A stretch of 64,000 nucleotides of DNA. Origin: an uncultured Candidatus Saccharibacteria bacterium (GTDB lineage Bacteria; Patescibacteriota; Minisyncoccia; Phycocordibacterales; Phycocordibacteraceae). A program made the translations under genes and the position numbers. Where the stretch lies: positions 6,307 through 70,306 of the forward strand of contig CAZJKG010000002.1 of the NCBI GenBank assembly GCA_964546795.1. The letters run 5' to 3'. Under the pieces are notes generated by a model. The model was not told where the DNA came from, made no database searches, and saw nothing but the letters and a program-made list of their open reading frames with translations. The stretch's first letter is position 1. Every line of letters starts with the position of its first letter. Of the stretch, positions 18,177 through 28,309 are shown in pieces.

Positions 18177-20318
18177 TTATAATATTTTACGGCGAAGCAA
18201 TACGGCATTGATTGCTACGATAACCGTTGAAACGCTCATGAGTATCGCGGCGATTGCCGGCTCTAATACGACACCTTTTGATGCCAGCACGCCAGCCGCA
18301 AGCGGAATGGCGACCACATTGTACCCCGTGGCCCAAAAGAGATTCTGAATCATTTTCGCATACGTAAGCTTTGAAAGTTTGATGATCTTCGGAATATCCC
18401 TCGGGTCGTTTTTTACCAAGATGATTCCCGCCGATTCAATCGCGACATTTGTGCCAGCGCCAATCGCAATGCCGAGGTCAGCTTGCGTCAGAGCGGGAGC
18501 GTCATTGATACCGTCTCCGACCATCGCTACTTTTTTACCTTCGCTTTGGAGCAATCTTACTTTTTCGGCCTTTTGGCCCGGCATGACTTTGGCAAAATAT
18601 TCATCAATACCGAGTTCTCCTGCTACCCACGAAGCAACATCCTCCGAATCACCGGTAATCATCGCTGTCTTGACGCCAAGATTCTTCAGAGTTTGAATCG
18701 CCTCACGCGACTCCTCCCTGATGATGTCCGAAAGAGCGATACTGCCGAGAAGTTTCTTATCCACAATCACGTGAATGACCGTTTTGCCTTCTTTTGACAG
18801 CGTATCTATTTGATTTTGATACTCGCCTGAAATCAGTATGGTATGTTCTGTAAGCAAATCATCATTGCCGACGTACGCCTCTTTATTTTCTACACGTCCT
18901 TTTGCGCCTTTACCGGCAATGCGGAAAAAATCCGTTACCGGCATTAGAACAATGTTCCGCTTCTGGGCCTCCGCGACCATCGCCTTCGCTAGCGAGTGTT
19001 CTGAATGGCTATTGACCGAGGCCGCGATACTGAGAATGGTATCTTGGGAAACGTTGTTGCTCGCGATGATGGCGGCAACGCCGAATTCACCTTTGGTAAG
19101 GGTCCCTGTTTTATCGAACAACACCATATCAATGCTACGCGCCGCTTCAAGCGCACGGCGTTCTTTAACCAGCAATCCGTTCTTCGCTGCCATCGTGGTT
19201 GAAATAGATGCGACCAGAGGAACTGCGAGCCCGAGAGCGTGCGGACAGGTGATGACAAGGACGGCTACGAGCCGCTCGGTCGCAATCACAATACCCGCCC
19301 CGACTAGAACCCACACGCCGAAGGTAATCGTGCCGACCACGAGTGCGATGATGGTGAGATAGAACGCCGCTTGGTCCGAAAGCATCTGGAGACGCGACTT
19401 CGACGCTTCCGCATCGGCAACAAGCCGCATTACGCCTGCAAGAAACGTATGCTCGCCTATCTTTTCTATAGCTACCTTGATGCTTCCATCGCCGTTTGTG
19501 GAGCCAGCAATAACTGACGCGCCTATAGATTTTTCTACCGGACGCGATTCTCCGGTAATGACTGACTCATTTATGTCTGACCTCCCTTCAACGATCTTCC
19601 CATCGGCGGGGATCTTCGCTCCCGGCTTTACTAACACAATATCGCCTGCCCGAAGGTCGCCCAGTGGTATGATCTCGGTCTTATTCCCTCTTATGACTTC
19701 TGCCGTATCGGGCAAAAGTTTCGCCAATTCCCGCAATGCTCCCTGGGCACCTTGCACCGACTTCATCTCTATCCAGTGCCCGAGAAGCATAATGGCGATG
19801 AGCGATGAGAGTTCAAACAATAGATCGTGATGCCCGCCCAGAAGTATTGAAAAGAAACTGTAGAGGTACGCGGCTGTGATGGCGATGGCGATAAGCGTCA
19901 TCATCCCGGGCAATCGGGCTTGGAGTTCGCGATACGCGCTTGCTAGGAAAATCCACCCGCAATAGAAGAAAACGAAGCTTCCGACAATAAGGAAAACGTA
20001 CTGCGACCCGGGGAACTCCGGGGCCTGTATATTAAAGATTATTTTCGCCATTTCCGAATAGAAGAAAATTGGAATGGTCAGCGCAAAAGCAACCCAAAAC
20101 TTCCTCAGGAAAGATTCGGTTTGATGGCCCGCGTGCTTACCTGCCCCGCTGTCATGCGAAGCATGTACTTTGGGGTCGTGCGCTTCGTGCTCGTCGGCTT
20201 TCTTTGCGTCGGTCGGGATGAGATTCATTCCACACTCCGGACAGATGCCGGGCGTATCCCGTACAATCTCCGGATGCATCGGACAAGTATATAAATGTGT
20301 ATCGTGGGAATTTTTCAT
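18177..20318 (-). CDS. Copper-translocating P1B-type ATPase (CopB-like, CPH motif)
   Basis: YTCPMHP metal domain, His-rich linker, TGES, CPH, DKTGTLT, GDGINDAPAL. Confidence 0.95.
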   Translation of the reverse strand: MKNSHDTHLYTCPMHPEIVRDTPGICPECGMNLIPTDAKKADEHEAHDPKVHASHDSGAGKHAGHQTESFLRKFWVAFALTIPIFFYSEMAKIIFNIQAPEFPGSQYVFLIVGSFVFFYCGWIFLASAYRELQARLPGMMTLIAIAITAAYLYSFFSILLGGHHDLLFELSSLIAIMLLGHWIEMKSVQGAQGALRELAKLLPDTAEVIRGNKTEIIPLGDLRAGDIVLVKPGAKIPADGKIVEGRSDINESVITGESRPVEKSIGASVIAGSTNGDGSIKVAIEKIGEHTFLAGVMRLVADAEASKSRLQMLSDQAAFYLTIIALVVGTITFGVWVLVGAGIVIATERLVAVLVITCPHALGLAVPLVASISTTMAAKNGLLVKERRALEAARSIDMVLFDKTGTLTKGEFGVAAIIASNNVSQDTILSIAASVNSHSEHSLAKAMVAEAQKRNIVLMPVTDFFRIAGKGAKGRVENKEAYVGNDDLLTEHTILISGEYQNQIDTLSKEGKTVIHVIVDKKLLGSIALSDIIREESREAIQTLKNLGVKTAMITGDSEDVASWVAGELGIDEYFAKVMPGQKAEKVRLLQSEGKKVAMVGDGINDAPALTQADLGIAIGAGTNVAIESAGIILVKNDPRDIPKIIKLSKLTYAKMIQNLFWATGYNVVAIPLAAGVLASKGVVLEPAIAAILMSVSTVIVAINAVLLRRKIL

Positions 20319-20339
20319 ACAAGTACACGGAGACCTTCC

Positions 20340-21017
20340 TTATTCGAAGCGCAACTCAATTTTGTCCTTATCGTGCATGACGTAGTTCTCGTACTCAATG
20401 TTTTCCTCCCCATTTACGGTCATCGTTATATTTTTGCCAAATGATTGCATATCCCTGCCCCAATTCGTGAAAAATTGACCAAGAGTAATATCCTGTTTGC
20501 GAACGAGACCTTGAAACTCAAGATGGATAATAGGTAGATCATCATGCGTATGCATCGGCATGTGGACCGCACCGATGCCAATATTTTGCGGAATCTCCTG
20601 CTTTTCACCTTTTACGTAAATGGTAAGTTCCGGATGCCAGTGAAAACCTGATCGGGAGACAATATCTGATTCCGGAATTGGAGGCCTTGTGGCGACATAC
20701 CAGATAAGACCTCCAATCATCGCAATGGTCAGACCGCCGCCCAAAATCCATGAGACAATTTTCTGAAAATTACGTTTCTGCATAGCCGCTTCTTTTGCCT
20801 CCATCTTCACCTGCTGTTTTAGCGCTTTGCGCTCAGTTTTGGTGGGCATCGATTCATTTGTTAATGTGACTGCATGTTTTATTATATCTAAATTACAACT
20901 TTTATGCTCTTTGCACCACGCTTGGCATTTTTCAGCGAATTCTTTGTTCTCATACAGAAGATGGCATTCTTCGCACTGATAGTATTGTTTATTATTATGT
21001 GAAATTATTTTTGTCAT
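20340..21017 (-). CDS. Membrane protein with Cys-rich N-terminal motif and His-rich C-terminal domain
   Basis: YQCEEC..C..WC..HKSC, one TM helix, HWH..HMPMHTHD..IIH. Confidence 0.75.
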   Translation of the reverse strand: MTKIISHNNKQYYQCEECHLLYENKEFAEKCQAWCKEHKSCNLDIIKHAVTLTNESMPTKTERKALKQQVKMEAKEAAMQKRNFQKIVSWILGGGLTIAMIGGLIWYVATRPPIPESDIVSRSGFHWHPELTIYVKGEKQEIPQNIGIGAVHMPMHTHDDLPIIHLEFQGLVRKQDITLGQFFTNWGRDMQSFGKNITMTVNGEENIEYENYVMHDKDKIELRFE

Positions 21018-21036
21018 GGTTATTTTTGATTAATCA

Positions 21037-21579
21037 TTAAATCTTACAGATCGCTGGATTTTGGATTTGTTTTGCCATCATAGAGAGAGATATCGCAAGT
21101 AGTATCACACCAAGAATACCGAATTCGCCGCCGTTAAGTGGCAGAAATGTCAGTATCCAAGATGCGCCGAAGATCGAAAAAATGCTTGTGAGGAGAAGTG
21201 ACCCGCATGCGGCGCATCCCATACCGACCATACCGCTCGTTATCCCAAAAAATCCAGTAGTAATTCCGCTCTGCTTCACATCAGTGATCCTACGACGCAA
21301 GAAGTAGACAATCATGGCGAGATTGATGCCAAACAAAACAGCAATAGTAATCGTATACGAGGCAGAGAGTGGGGTGAAGTTTGTTGTAATAGAACCGAGC
21401 AAGCTAATCGGCAGACCAAGCTTCTGTGAAAAAGATACTCCCGAATGTCCCATGACTTCCACAATCAATGAAATGTTTGGGAGCCATACGGCAAAAGCAA
21501 AGACGATTGCACTCGTCGCAAGAGCAATGAGTACATACGAGGGTTTTTGAAATACTTTTTGCAGAGCGTGAACGATCAT
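21037..21579 (-). CDS. Membrane protein with intramembrane CAAC motif
   Basis: Four hydrophobic segments, GMGCAACG; directly downstream of a DsbA gene. Confidence 0.8.
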   Translation of the reverse strand: MIVHALQKVFQKPSYVLIALATSAIVFAFAVWLPNISLIVEVMGHSGVSFSQKLGLPISLLGSITTNFTPLSASYTITIAVLFGINLAMIVYFLRRRITDVKQSGITTGFFGITSGMVGMGCAACGSLLLTSIFSIFGASWILTFLPLNGGEFGILGVILLAISLSMMAKQIQNPAICKI

Positions 21580-21581
21580 TA

Positions 21582-22304
21582 TTATTTTCCCTGCAGGGCC
21601 AGATCAATAAGTTGTTTCACCGCAGAGTACGGCTGCGCTCCGGAGAGCGGATATTTTTTTCCGTTCTTTGCAATCACAATGCTCCATGGTGTTCCGTTTC
21701 CGCCCGTTGCCGCGGCATTTTGTACATCTTCCTCAATATGCTTGGTGAATTTCCCGCTAGTCAGACAGGTATTGAACTTCGCCATATCAAGACCTACGTA
21801 TGCGGCTATCTTGAGGAGCTCGGCCGGATCTAGTCCGTTATTGGAGGGGGTTACTTCATAGAGGCGATCCGTGTAGGTCCAGAATGGGTTGTTGCCCCCT
21901 TGATCGCCGGCGCATTCAAGAGCGACCGTTTCATTCCGTGCCTTTGGGTGGAGTTGGTCCAAAGGGAAATGACGATAGACCCATGCAACTCTTCCGTCCT
22001 TGCCGTATTCATCCATGACTTGCTTCATGGTCTCGTGGAATCGTTTGCAGAAAGGACATTCAGGATCCGAGTATTCAACTATTTTGACCGGCGCATCAGG
22101 ATTGCCTCGAATATGGTCGGCGGCGCTTATCGGCCTCATCTTATCCAAATCGCTTGTCTGCGGCGCCCCTGCCGCCGCTTGGGGCTGCGCCGCCGGAATG
22201 GTTGTAGAACTACCGTGGAAAAATATGGCACCGGCGATGAGAACTCCGGCGATAATGATGGCCGAAGAAATTGATATATTGCTTTGCTTTGAACCTGTTT
22301 CCAT
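21582..22304 (-). CDS. DsbA-family oxidoreductase (CPFC)
   Basis: EYSDPECPFC, VYRHFPL, GTP, GAQPY. Confidence 0.93.
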   Translation of the reverse strand: METGSKQSNISISSAIIIAGVLIAGAIFFHGSSTTIPAAQPQAAAGAPQTSDLDKMRPISAADHIRGNPDAPVKIVEYSDPECPFCKRFHETMKQVMDEYGKDGRVAWVYRHFPLDQLHPKARNETVALECAGDQGGNNPFWTYTDRLYEVTPSNNGLDPAELLKIAAYVGLDMAKFNTCLTSGKFTKHIEEDVQNAAATGGNGTPWSIVIAKNGKKYPLSGAQPYSAVKQLIDLALQGK

Positions 22305-22483
22305 ACGCGCTGTTTACATTATCTTGCTAAAAGAGTCCCATCCTTTATTCCTGTCGTAGAATTCTACCATACGCCGGTCTTACAGAAATTCTCAAAAGAT
22401 GAATCATTGACATCGTGTGGTTCATACCGCATTCTTCACGCAGAATTGAACATTGACTCAATCAAAAAGAAGGAGGTGATGTA

Positions 22484-23200
22484 ATGAACACGGGCAAGGA
22501 GTACAGGGAATGCTTCCCGAAACGCAACACTTTTCTGGCCGTGGTGCATGCGGAAGACAGCGCCCAAGCGGTCAAAAATGTCCGTATCGCTCTCGGCGAG
22601 GGCGCGGATGGTGTGTTTCTCATTAATCATCCGCCGGTCTCTGTCGATGATCTCTATCTCTGCTTCAGGTCCGTCCGTGAGGAATTCCCGAACGCCTGGG
22701 TTGGATTCAACTGGCTTGGTCTGGATCCCTACAGCGCACTCGATATGATGCGAAGCTCCATGGATGCCATGTGGGTGGACAACGCTGGTATTCGCGAGGG
22801 CAGGCATGGCGCCGATGAAGCGTTCTATTTCACTAAAAAACGCCGAGAGTGGGAGATGCTGAGAAAAGGAGCTTCATTCCTGCTTTTCGGTGGTGTTGCG
22901 TTCAAGTATCAGCAGCATGTCTACGACCTCGAGCGCGTCTCTCAGCTCGCTATGCCGTATGTGGACGTGATAACGACGAGCGGCGACGGCACCGGCATAG
23001 CGCCTGAAGTGAACAAGATCCGTACCATGAGGAATGCTATCGGCGACCACCCGCTTGCCATCGCGAGCGGCATCACTCCCGAGAACGTCTCAATGTACAT
23101 GGAATACGCCGATTGCTTTCTTGTGGCGACTGGGATAAGTGACTGCCATACAGCGCTAAATCCGTCTCGTGTGCGAAAGCTCGCCACAATCCTTTCTTGA
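22484..23200 (+). CDS. BtpA/SgcQ-like TIM-barrel protein
   Basis: GADGVFLINH, FGGVAFKYQ, TTSGDGTG, IASGITPEN, LVATG; own promoter, SD and terminator. Confidence 0.75.
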   Translation: MNTGKEYRECFPKRNTFLAVVHAEDSAQAVKNVRIALGEGADGVFLINHPPVSVDDLYLCFRSVREEFPNAWVGFNWLGLDPYSALDMMRSSMDAMWVDNAGIREGRHGADEAFYFTKKRREWEMLRKGASFLLFGGVAFKYQQHVYDLERVSQLAMPYVDVITTSGDGTGIAPEVNKIRTMRNAIGDHPLAIASGITPENVSMYMEYADCFLVATGISDCHTALNPSRVRKLATILS

Positions 23201-23266
23201 TGATTCCTTATGTTGGTTCGACACGGTCTGCACCTCATCAGTGCAGACCGTTTCATTTTCTAATCT

Positions 23267-24310
23267 TTATTTTTTGCGCGAAACATCAGCGTAGATTGAG
23301 AGGAGAACAAAAAGCAAACTCAACGACAAGGGGCCAAGGAAGATGCCGCTCGGGCCGAAGAACATTATTCCCCCGAGAACTGAAAGGAGGACGAGAAGCG
23401 AATGGAGTTGCATTCTTTCCCCGACAAGCTTCGGCCCGAGAATATTGTCCACAAGTCCGACTGCAAGAGCACCCCACGCAAGGAGTCCAAATGCTTGCGG
23501 TATGTTCCCAATGAAAAAAAGAAATGTGATAGCGGGGATGAACACAAGCGCCGTCCCGATCCCGGGAATAAGGGCTGCGATCGCGGCAATCGTTCCCCAG
23601 AGAAAACCGTTCGGGATTCCAAAAAGCATGAAGCCGATCCCCGTCAACACTCCCTGTATGAACGCAATGGTGAGATTCCCTTTGACGATAGAGTCAATCG
23701 CGGTCTCAAGCCGTTCAAAGACCCCTTCGTCTTCTTTGTCGTTCAAAGGCGAGAGCTCAATAAGCGTCTGTCGTACACGCTTCCCATCGCGCAAAAGATA
23801 GTAGAGCGCGATGAAGAAAATAAAGAATGAAAGAATGAGCGAAGAGATGCTCGAGAAAATCCCTCCGATATGCTGTGTAATCCACTGCAAACCTTCTTTC
23901 GTATATGTATCTATATTCGCCGAGACGCCGCGGGTGAATTCCCCGAGTCCGGGAATACTTCCGCCGAAGTTTTCATCGGCCCGTAGAACCAGCTTCGCGA
24001 TAGCGCTTCGCCCGCTTCCTTCCCCAAGGGAGAGATAGAGATTGTGTGCCTCGTTCCCGACAAATACCCCGATAAGCGAGAGCGGAAGAAGTATGAGGAA
24101 CACGCTAACAACGACCGTTAGAAATGCGGCAACGCTTGGCCAACCGCCGAGCATATTTGAAATTCTTCCATACAATCCCTGCAATATGACGGCGAATACT
24201 GCGGCAAGCGCGAGCGGCTTGAGGAATGGCGCGAATATCAACGCCACAAGGATGATTGCTCCGACAAGAAGAACCACAAGAAAATACGGTCTAAGTTTCT
24301 CGCTTTGCAT
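23267..24310 (-). CDS. AI-2E family transporter
   Basis: Multi-TM; LIPGIGTALV, VDNILGPKLVG, GGIMFFGPSGIFLGP. Confidence 0.92.
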   Translation of the reverse strand: MQSEKLRPYFLVVLLVGAIILVALIFAPFLKPLALAAVFAVILQGLYGRISNMLGGWPSVAAFLTVVVSVFLILLPLSLIGVFVGNEAHNLYLSLGEGSGRSAIAKLVLRADENFGGSIPGLGEFTRGVSANIDTYTKEGLQWITQHIGGIFSSISSLILSFFIFFIALYYLLRDGKRVRQTLIELSPLNDKEDEGVFERLETAIDSIVKGNLTIAFIQGVLTGIGFMLFGIPNGFLWGTIAAIAALIPGIGTALVFIPAITFLFFIGNIPQAFGLLAWGALAVGLVDNILGPKLVGERMQLHSLLVLLSVLGGIMFFGPSGIFLGPLSLSLLFVLLSIYADVSRKK

Positions 24311-24363
24311 AAGGGAAGTATAGCAAAACGCTTTTGTCTTTCGGAGCAATACTGGAACAGTAA

Positions 24364-25941
24364 TTATGTATTGGAGAGCAAGTTAAGGACCGCCGTATAT
24401 GCGGAACTGATCAAGAATCCGCGATCAAAACTAGTGGAGGTTAGTGGAGAAAGCGGTGATATATAGGAACTGCTGTCAGGATAGGTGCTTCCGGAAGACG
24501 GTGGCGCGTACGAACTGTCCGGTGAGGATTGACTCTTTTCTTCGTAGGTCTCAGTACCTCCTGAAGACGGAGAATACGAAGGTGATGGATATGTATTTTG
24601 ATCTTGTTGGTATTTCTGATACTCGGATTCATACTGCTTTTGATATTCTTGCTGATACTGACTCTGGTATTGCTTCTGATACTCGTCTTGATATTGATTT
24701 TGAAAATCTCCGGTATTCGGAGGAAGAGACATCATTCCGTCCGGTACGTCGCCCTGTCTTCCTTGCATCACCCTCGTGGGAAAGGCCTCTATTCCCTCCT
24801 CTGTGCCCCGGAAACTCCGCTCGCCCTCAAATCCCTGCATCATCCCCTCCGGAGAGAGATGCTCGTCAGGACGCTGCATGAAGCCATGTTCTTCGGCAAA
24901 TTCTTGGCATTCATTTTGATGTGACGCATCCTCGCAATACGTTTTACACTCAAATCCTTTGCAACCGCCCGGACCGGTACTATTGAAAAGTTTCTCGGCC
25001 TGATCGAGCTGTTCTTGTGGAATAAGATCGTGCTCTTTGGCAAAGGCAAAACACACTTCGCGATTGTCCGGATTATCGCAGTATGTGCGGCATTCTTCTC
25101 CGCGGCAGCCGCCGGGACCCTCGATATTCATGAATTTCCGCGCACGCTCGCTATCCTCTTTCGAAATGAGACCGTTCTCTTCCGCGAACGCAAGACACTC
25201 CTCACTATGAGTGGAATCTTCGCAATAGGTTCTGCATTCAACGCCTCTACAACCTCCCGGACCGGTTTTGCCGATAAAGTGCTTTGCTTTGACAAGCTCT
25301 TCCTGCGACATGAGTCCATGTTCTTCGGCAAAAGCAAGACACACCTCCGCATGCGAGACATCCTCGCAGTATATTCGACATTCCTCTCTTTTACAGCCAC
25401 CTGGACCCGCTTCAGTTCCCATCCTCTTTGCCATAACTGCCTCTTCTTTTGAAATGAATCCGTTTTCCTCCGCAAACGCGAGACATTCGTCGAAGTGTGC
25501 ATCGTCCTCGCAGTACGCTTTGCATTCAATACCATGACAACCACCCGGTCCTGACTTCTCTTTGAGAATTCGCGCATATTTAGCATCCTCCGCTTTTATG
25601 ATCCCGTGCTCCTCGGCAAAGTCAATGCACTCTTCAAAATGTTCCTTGACTTCACAGTACGCTCGGCACTCCACCCCCATGCAGCCCCCCGGACCTTCGA
25701 TACTGCCGATTTTCCGAGCTATCGCTGCGTCCTCCTTACCAATCAGATCGTGCGCTTCAGCAAAAGAGAGACATTGATTGATATTCGCTTTAAGATCGCA
25801 ATATACTTTGCATGCTTCCTTCGATTCACAACCACCGAGTTCTGCAACCGGAAACATGATATCGACCTCCGCGGCGTACGCTACGCCTCCGACGAGCAGT
25901 GTGAGCGCAAGAAAGTTCGTCGCGAATATCCTGCGGGACAT
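24364..25941 (-). CDS. Exported Cys-rich repeat protein
   Basis: Signal peptide; about seven G(P)GGC..EC..YC..CL.FAEEHG repeats; QYQ repeats; Ser/Pro-rich tail. Confidence 0.85.
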   Translation of the reverse strand: MSRRIFATNFLALTLLVGGVAYAAEVDIMFPVAELGGCESKEACKVYCDLKANINQCLSFAEAHDLIGKEDAAIARKIGSIEGPGGCMGVECRAYCEVKEHFEECIDFAEEHGIIKAEDAKYARILKEKSGPGGCHGIECKAYCEDDAHFDECLAFAEENGFISKEEAVMAKRMGTEAGPGGCKREECRIYCEDVSHAEVCLAFAEEHGLMSQEELVKAKHFIGKTGPGGCRGVECRTYCEDSTHSEECLAFAEENGLISKEDSERARKFMNIEGPGGCRGEECRTYCDNPDNREVCFAFAKEHDLIPQEQLDQAEKLFNSTGPGGCKGFECKTYCEDASHQNECQEFAEEHGFMQRPDEHLSPEGMMQGFEGERSFRGTEEGIEAFPTRVMQGRQGDVPDGMMSLPPNTGDFQNQYQDEYQKQYQSQYQQEYQKQYESEYQKYQQDQNTYPSPSYSPSSGGTETYEEKSQSSPDSSYAPPSSGSTYPDSSSYISPLSPLTSTSFDRGFLISSAYTAVLNLLSNT

Positions 25942-25942
25942 G

Positions 25943-26167
25943 TTATTCGAAAGGGTTATACTTCACGCCCTCGTATGGGTTGATCTTCACGTCATCGAGA
26001 GGATTGGCCGATACGCCGCTTAGAGGATTTTCGTCGGCAATGTTTGATTCAACAAGGGGAACCGGTGTCACTTTCGTTCCTGCCACATACCCTAATGGGA
26101 TGCCGATGACAAGACCGACAACGATGCCGATAAGCACGAAAAGATAAGGCGGTTTTGGTTGGTCCAT
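25943..26167 (-). CDS. Small membrane protein
   Basis: One TM helix, NPL/NPY/NPF tail; TATAAT upstream of the ATG. Confidence 0.7.
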   Translation of the reverse strand: MDQPKPPYLFVLIGIVVGLVIGIPLGYVAGTKVTPVPLVESNIADENPLSGVSANPLDDVKINPYEGVKYNPFE

Positions 26168-26243
26168 ATGCTTTTCATTATACGGGGTTATACCCGGAGC
26201 ACTTTCCATAGGTGTTGATAGCTATATCTCTCAACCTTTATTT

Positions 26244-26456
26244 CTAACTACGTATGTAAGCGATTAGGAGAAACACCAGTAATGAAATAATGCAGAGAAT
26301 GGCGAGAGCGACAACATAGACAAGCGCGATAGCCGGCATGGCGATGATGCCGCCCACGCCCGCAGAGGACAGATGGTAGAAAACGTAGGCCACAATGCCA
26401 ACGGAACCAAGAATGAAACCGGCAAGATGATAGAGAAAAATAGTATGCTTTTTCAT
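26244..26456 (-). CDS. Small two-TM membrane protein
   Basis: Hydrophobic ORF starting MKKHTIF. Confidence 0.6.
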   Translation of the reverse strand: MKKHTIFLYHLAGFILGSVGIVAYVFYHLSSAGVGGIIAMPAIALVYVVALAILCIISLLVFLLIAYIRS

Positions 26457-26487
26457 TTTAGAAATCTCTTCGTCAGAGGAATTGAAA

Positions 26488-27120
26488 TTATATCTTTCGT
26501 ATTCGTTTCCCACTGGCGTTCGTAAAGTAATCGCTTTTCTTCCCATGGTTAACTTTTCCGCCATGAGTATCAGCGGTGCGATGAAAAAACTCGTTTCCAG
26601 CGGTTAGTGAATTTAGATTCCCTTTGATACGTTTCTGATGGCGACCTGTTGTTAAGTGAGTTGTTGGTTGATATCCAAATTCCGCATACATGTCATAAGC
26701 AATTTCCCGTGAATCCAAACCAATCCGTTGTTGTTCTTCCAGAATACGTGCCTTTCTTTTTGACAACTGCTCTGTCTTCTTTTGAATTGGGGGTGCAATA
26801 GATTTTAATGCCGACTCATTGATTGTTCCCTCTTCGATCTGTTGCAACGCTTGTTGAACCTGATCTTCAAATTTGATAATTTCTTGCAGCTTTCCCTCTA
26901 TGCGCCAAAATTCAGCTTCCTTTTCATTCAGCACGTCACGTTCGTGCAGATTCAGTGAGCGAGATTTCATCTCAGATGTCTGTTGATATACGTCTTGTTG
27001 ATGCTCTTTTAATTGAGTTCTCAGCTCCGATAATTCTTCTGCTCTTTGCCAGAGCAATGGTTCATAGGTTGTTTTTAGTGATTCCAGGTTTTTCTTCTGT
27101 TGTGAGCTTTCTATCGACAT
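26488..27120 (-). CDS. Hypothetical coiled-coil protein
   Basis: 210-aa AT-rich ORF rich in Q/E/K; TATAAT 6 nt before the ATG. Confidence 0.65.
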   Translation of the reverse strand: MSIESSQQKKNLESLKTTYEPLLWQRAEELSELRTQLKEHQQDVYQQTSEMKSRSLNLHERDVLNEKEAEFWRIEGKLQEIIKFEDQVQQALQQIEEGTINESALKSIAPPIQKKTEQLSKRKARILEEQQRIGLDSREIAYDMYAEFGYQPTTHLTTGRHQKRIKGNLNSLTAGNEFFHRTADTHGGKVNHGKKSDYFTNASGKRIRKI

Positions 27121-27288
27121 TGGTCAATTATACCAAACAAGTTCAATCCTCCTCCACTGGCTGACCTCATCGGATTCATGCATTATACCGTTAAGCCCCC
27201 ATTGAGTTTTCTGGCGGCTTTTTTGAACTCAAATCGACGCACTTCGGAATGGGGTCGAAATTAGACAAACTAGACACTTTTAACCATT

Positions 27289-28203
27289 TTAATAATCCTT
27301 CCAAAGTTTGTCCTGATAAGGATCTACAATTTTCCCCTTACTATTCCGGACTTCAAAATGGAGATGCGGTCCGACACCCCCATAACCCCCTGAGTAAGCA
27401 ATGATCTGTCCTTCTTTCACGGCGACCGATTTAGTGTAGTCAGTAAGTTGAGCTTCAATTTCATCTACCAATTTTGTGCAGTGCAAGAGCCAGGAAACAT
27501 AGCTATTGGCGTGTTTGATATAGAAAGAGTGCCATCCTTCCCAAGCAGTAGGATTATTGAGCCCAAGATTCTTTAGTGCCCACGTTCTGTTAACTCCATC
27601 AATCGGATCAGTTTGTGCTTTAAATAAGTCCCCGTCTGCAGGGGCTATAAGTTGCGTTCCTGGAATGCACTTAAAGTCATAACCCGCATGGCCATCATAA
27701 TTTAGATAAAACGTTGGCCCATATTTGTCTCCTGCACCTGGTGCACCTACATAATTAATTTCCCCGGCAGAGAAAAATGGAGATGGAACTTTCTTTGCAT
27801 ACCCTAAAGCACTCGTTCCGGCACAAGGATCCCCGTCTCCGACTTCTCCATTAAAAGATCGTGTCTTTTGATCTTTCGCATTCAAGCCCCACGGCTTATT
27901 GCTACTTGGATCAATCGCTGTGCCCATATGGTCAATCACGGCAGTGATTTTTGCGGTACGGGACGTAACGGGCCTTCCATTTGCGTCATTGAGTTTGACT
28001 GGACAAATGAGGAATCCGGTGCTCGTTGGTACGACTGGAGCGGGAGCCGGTTCTGGCGCTGGCGGCACAATCACTGGAGGTGGTACAGGTTGCGGAGTCG
28101 GAGGTAGATTAATCGGGGCCGGTACAGGTTGAACCTTTGATTTAGAAAGGTTCGTAAGGAAAGTCTTAAGTACCTCTCCCAAGATTTTGAGAAACGACTG
28201 CAT
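27289..28203 (-). CDS. M23-family metallopeptidase
   Basis: HAGYD (HxxxD) and PHLHFEVR (HxH) motifs; Pro-rich linker. Confidence 0.85.
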   Translation of the reverse strand: MQSFLKILGEVLKTFLTNLSKSKVQPVPAPINLPPTPQPVPPPVIVPPAPEPAPAPVVPTSTGFLICPVKLNDANGRPVTSRTAKITAVIDHMGTAIDPSSNKPWGLNAKDQKTRSFNGEVGDGDPCAGTSALGYAKKVPSPFFSAGEINYVGAPGAGDKYGPTFYLNYDGHAGYDFKCIPGTQLIAPADGDLFKAQTDPIDGVNRTWALKNLGLNNPTAWEGWHSFYIKHANSYVSWLLHCTKLVDEIEAQLTDYTKSVAVKEGQIIAYSGGYGGVGPHLHFEVRNSKGKIVDPYQDKLWKDY

Positions 28204-28309
28204 ATCTACTATTATACCGTCAAGCTCCAATTGAGTTTTCTAGAACCTTAAATCGACCCTCCTCGGATAGTTTGTTGACTCGCAATTACCCGTTAGTACT
28301 ACAATGATC

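Noticed and set aside
18758-18766. DnaA box TTATCCACA as a sign of oriC
   Set aside because: Isolated match inside the copper ATPase gene; no cluster of boxes.
24600-24700. Tandem DNA repeats as a mobile or phase-variable locus
   Set aside because: They encode the QYQ low-complexity tract in frame.
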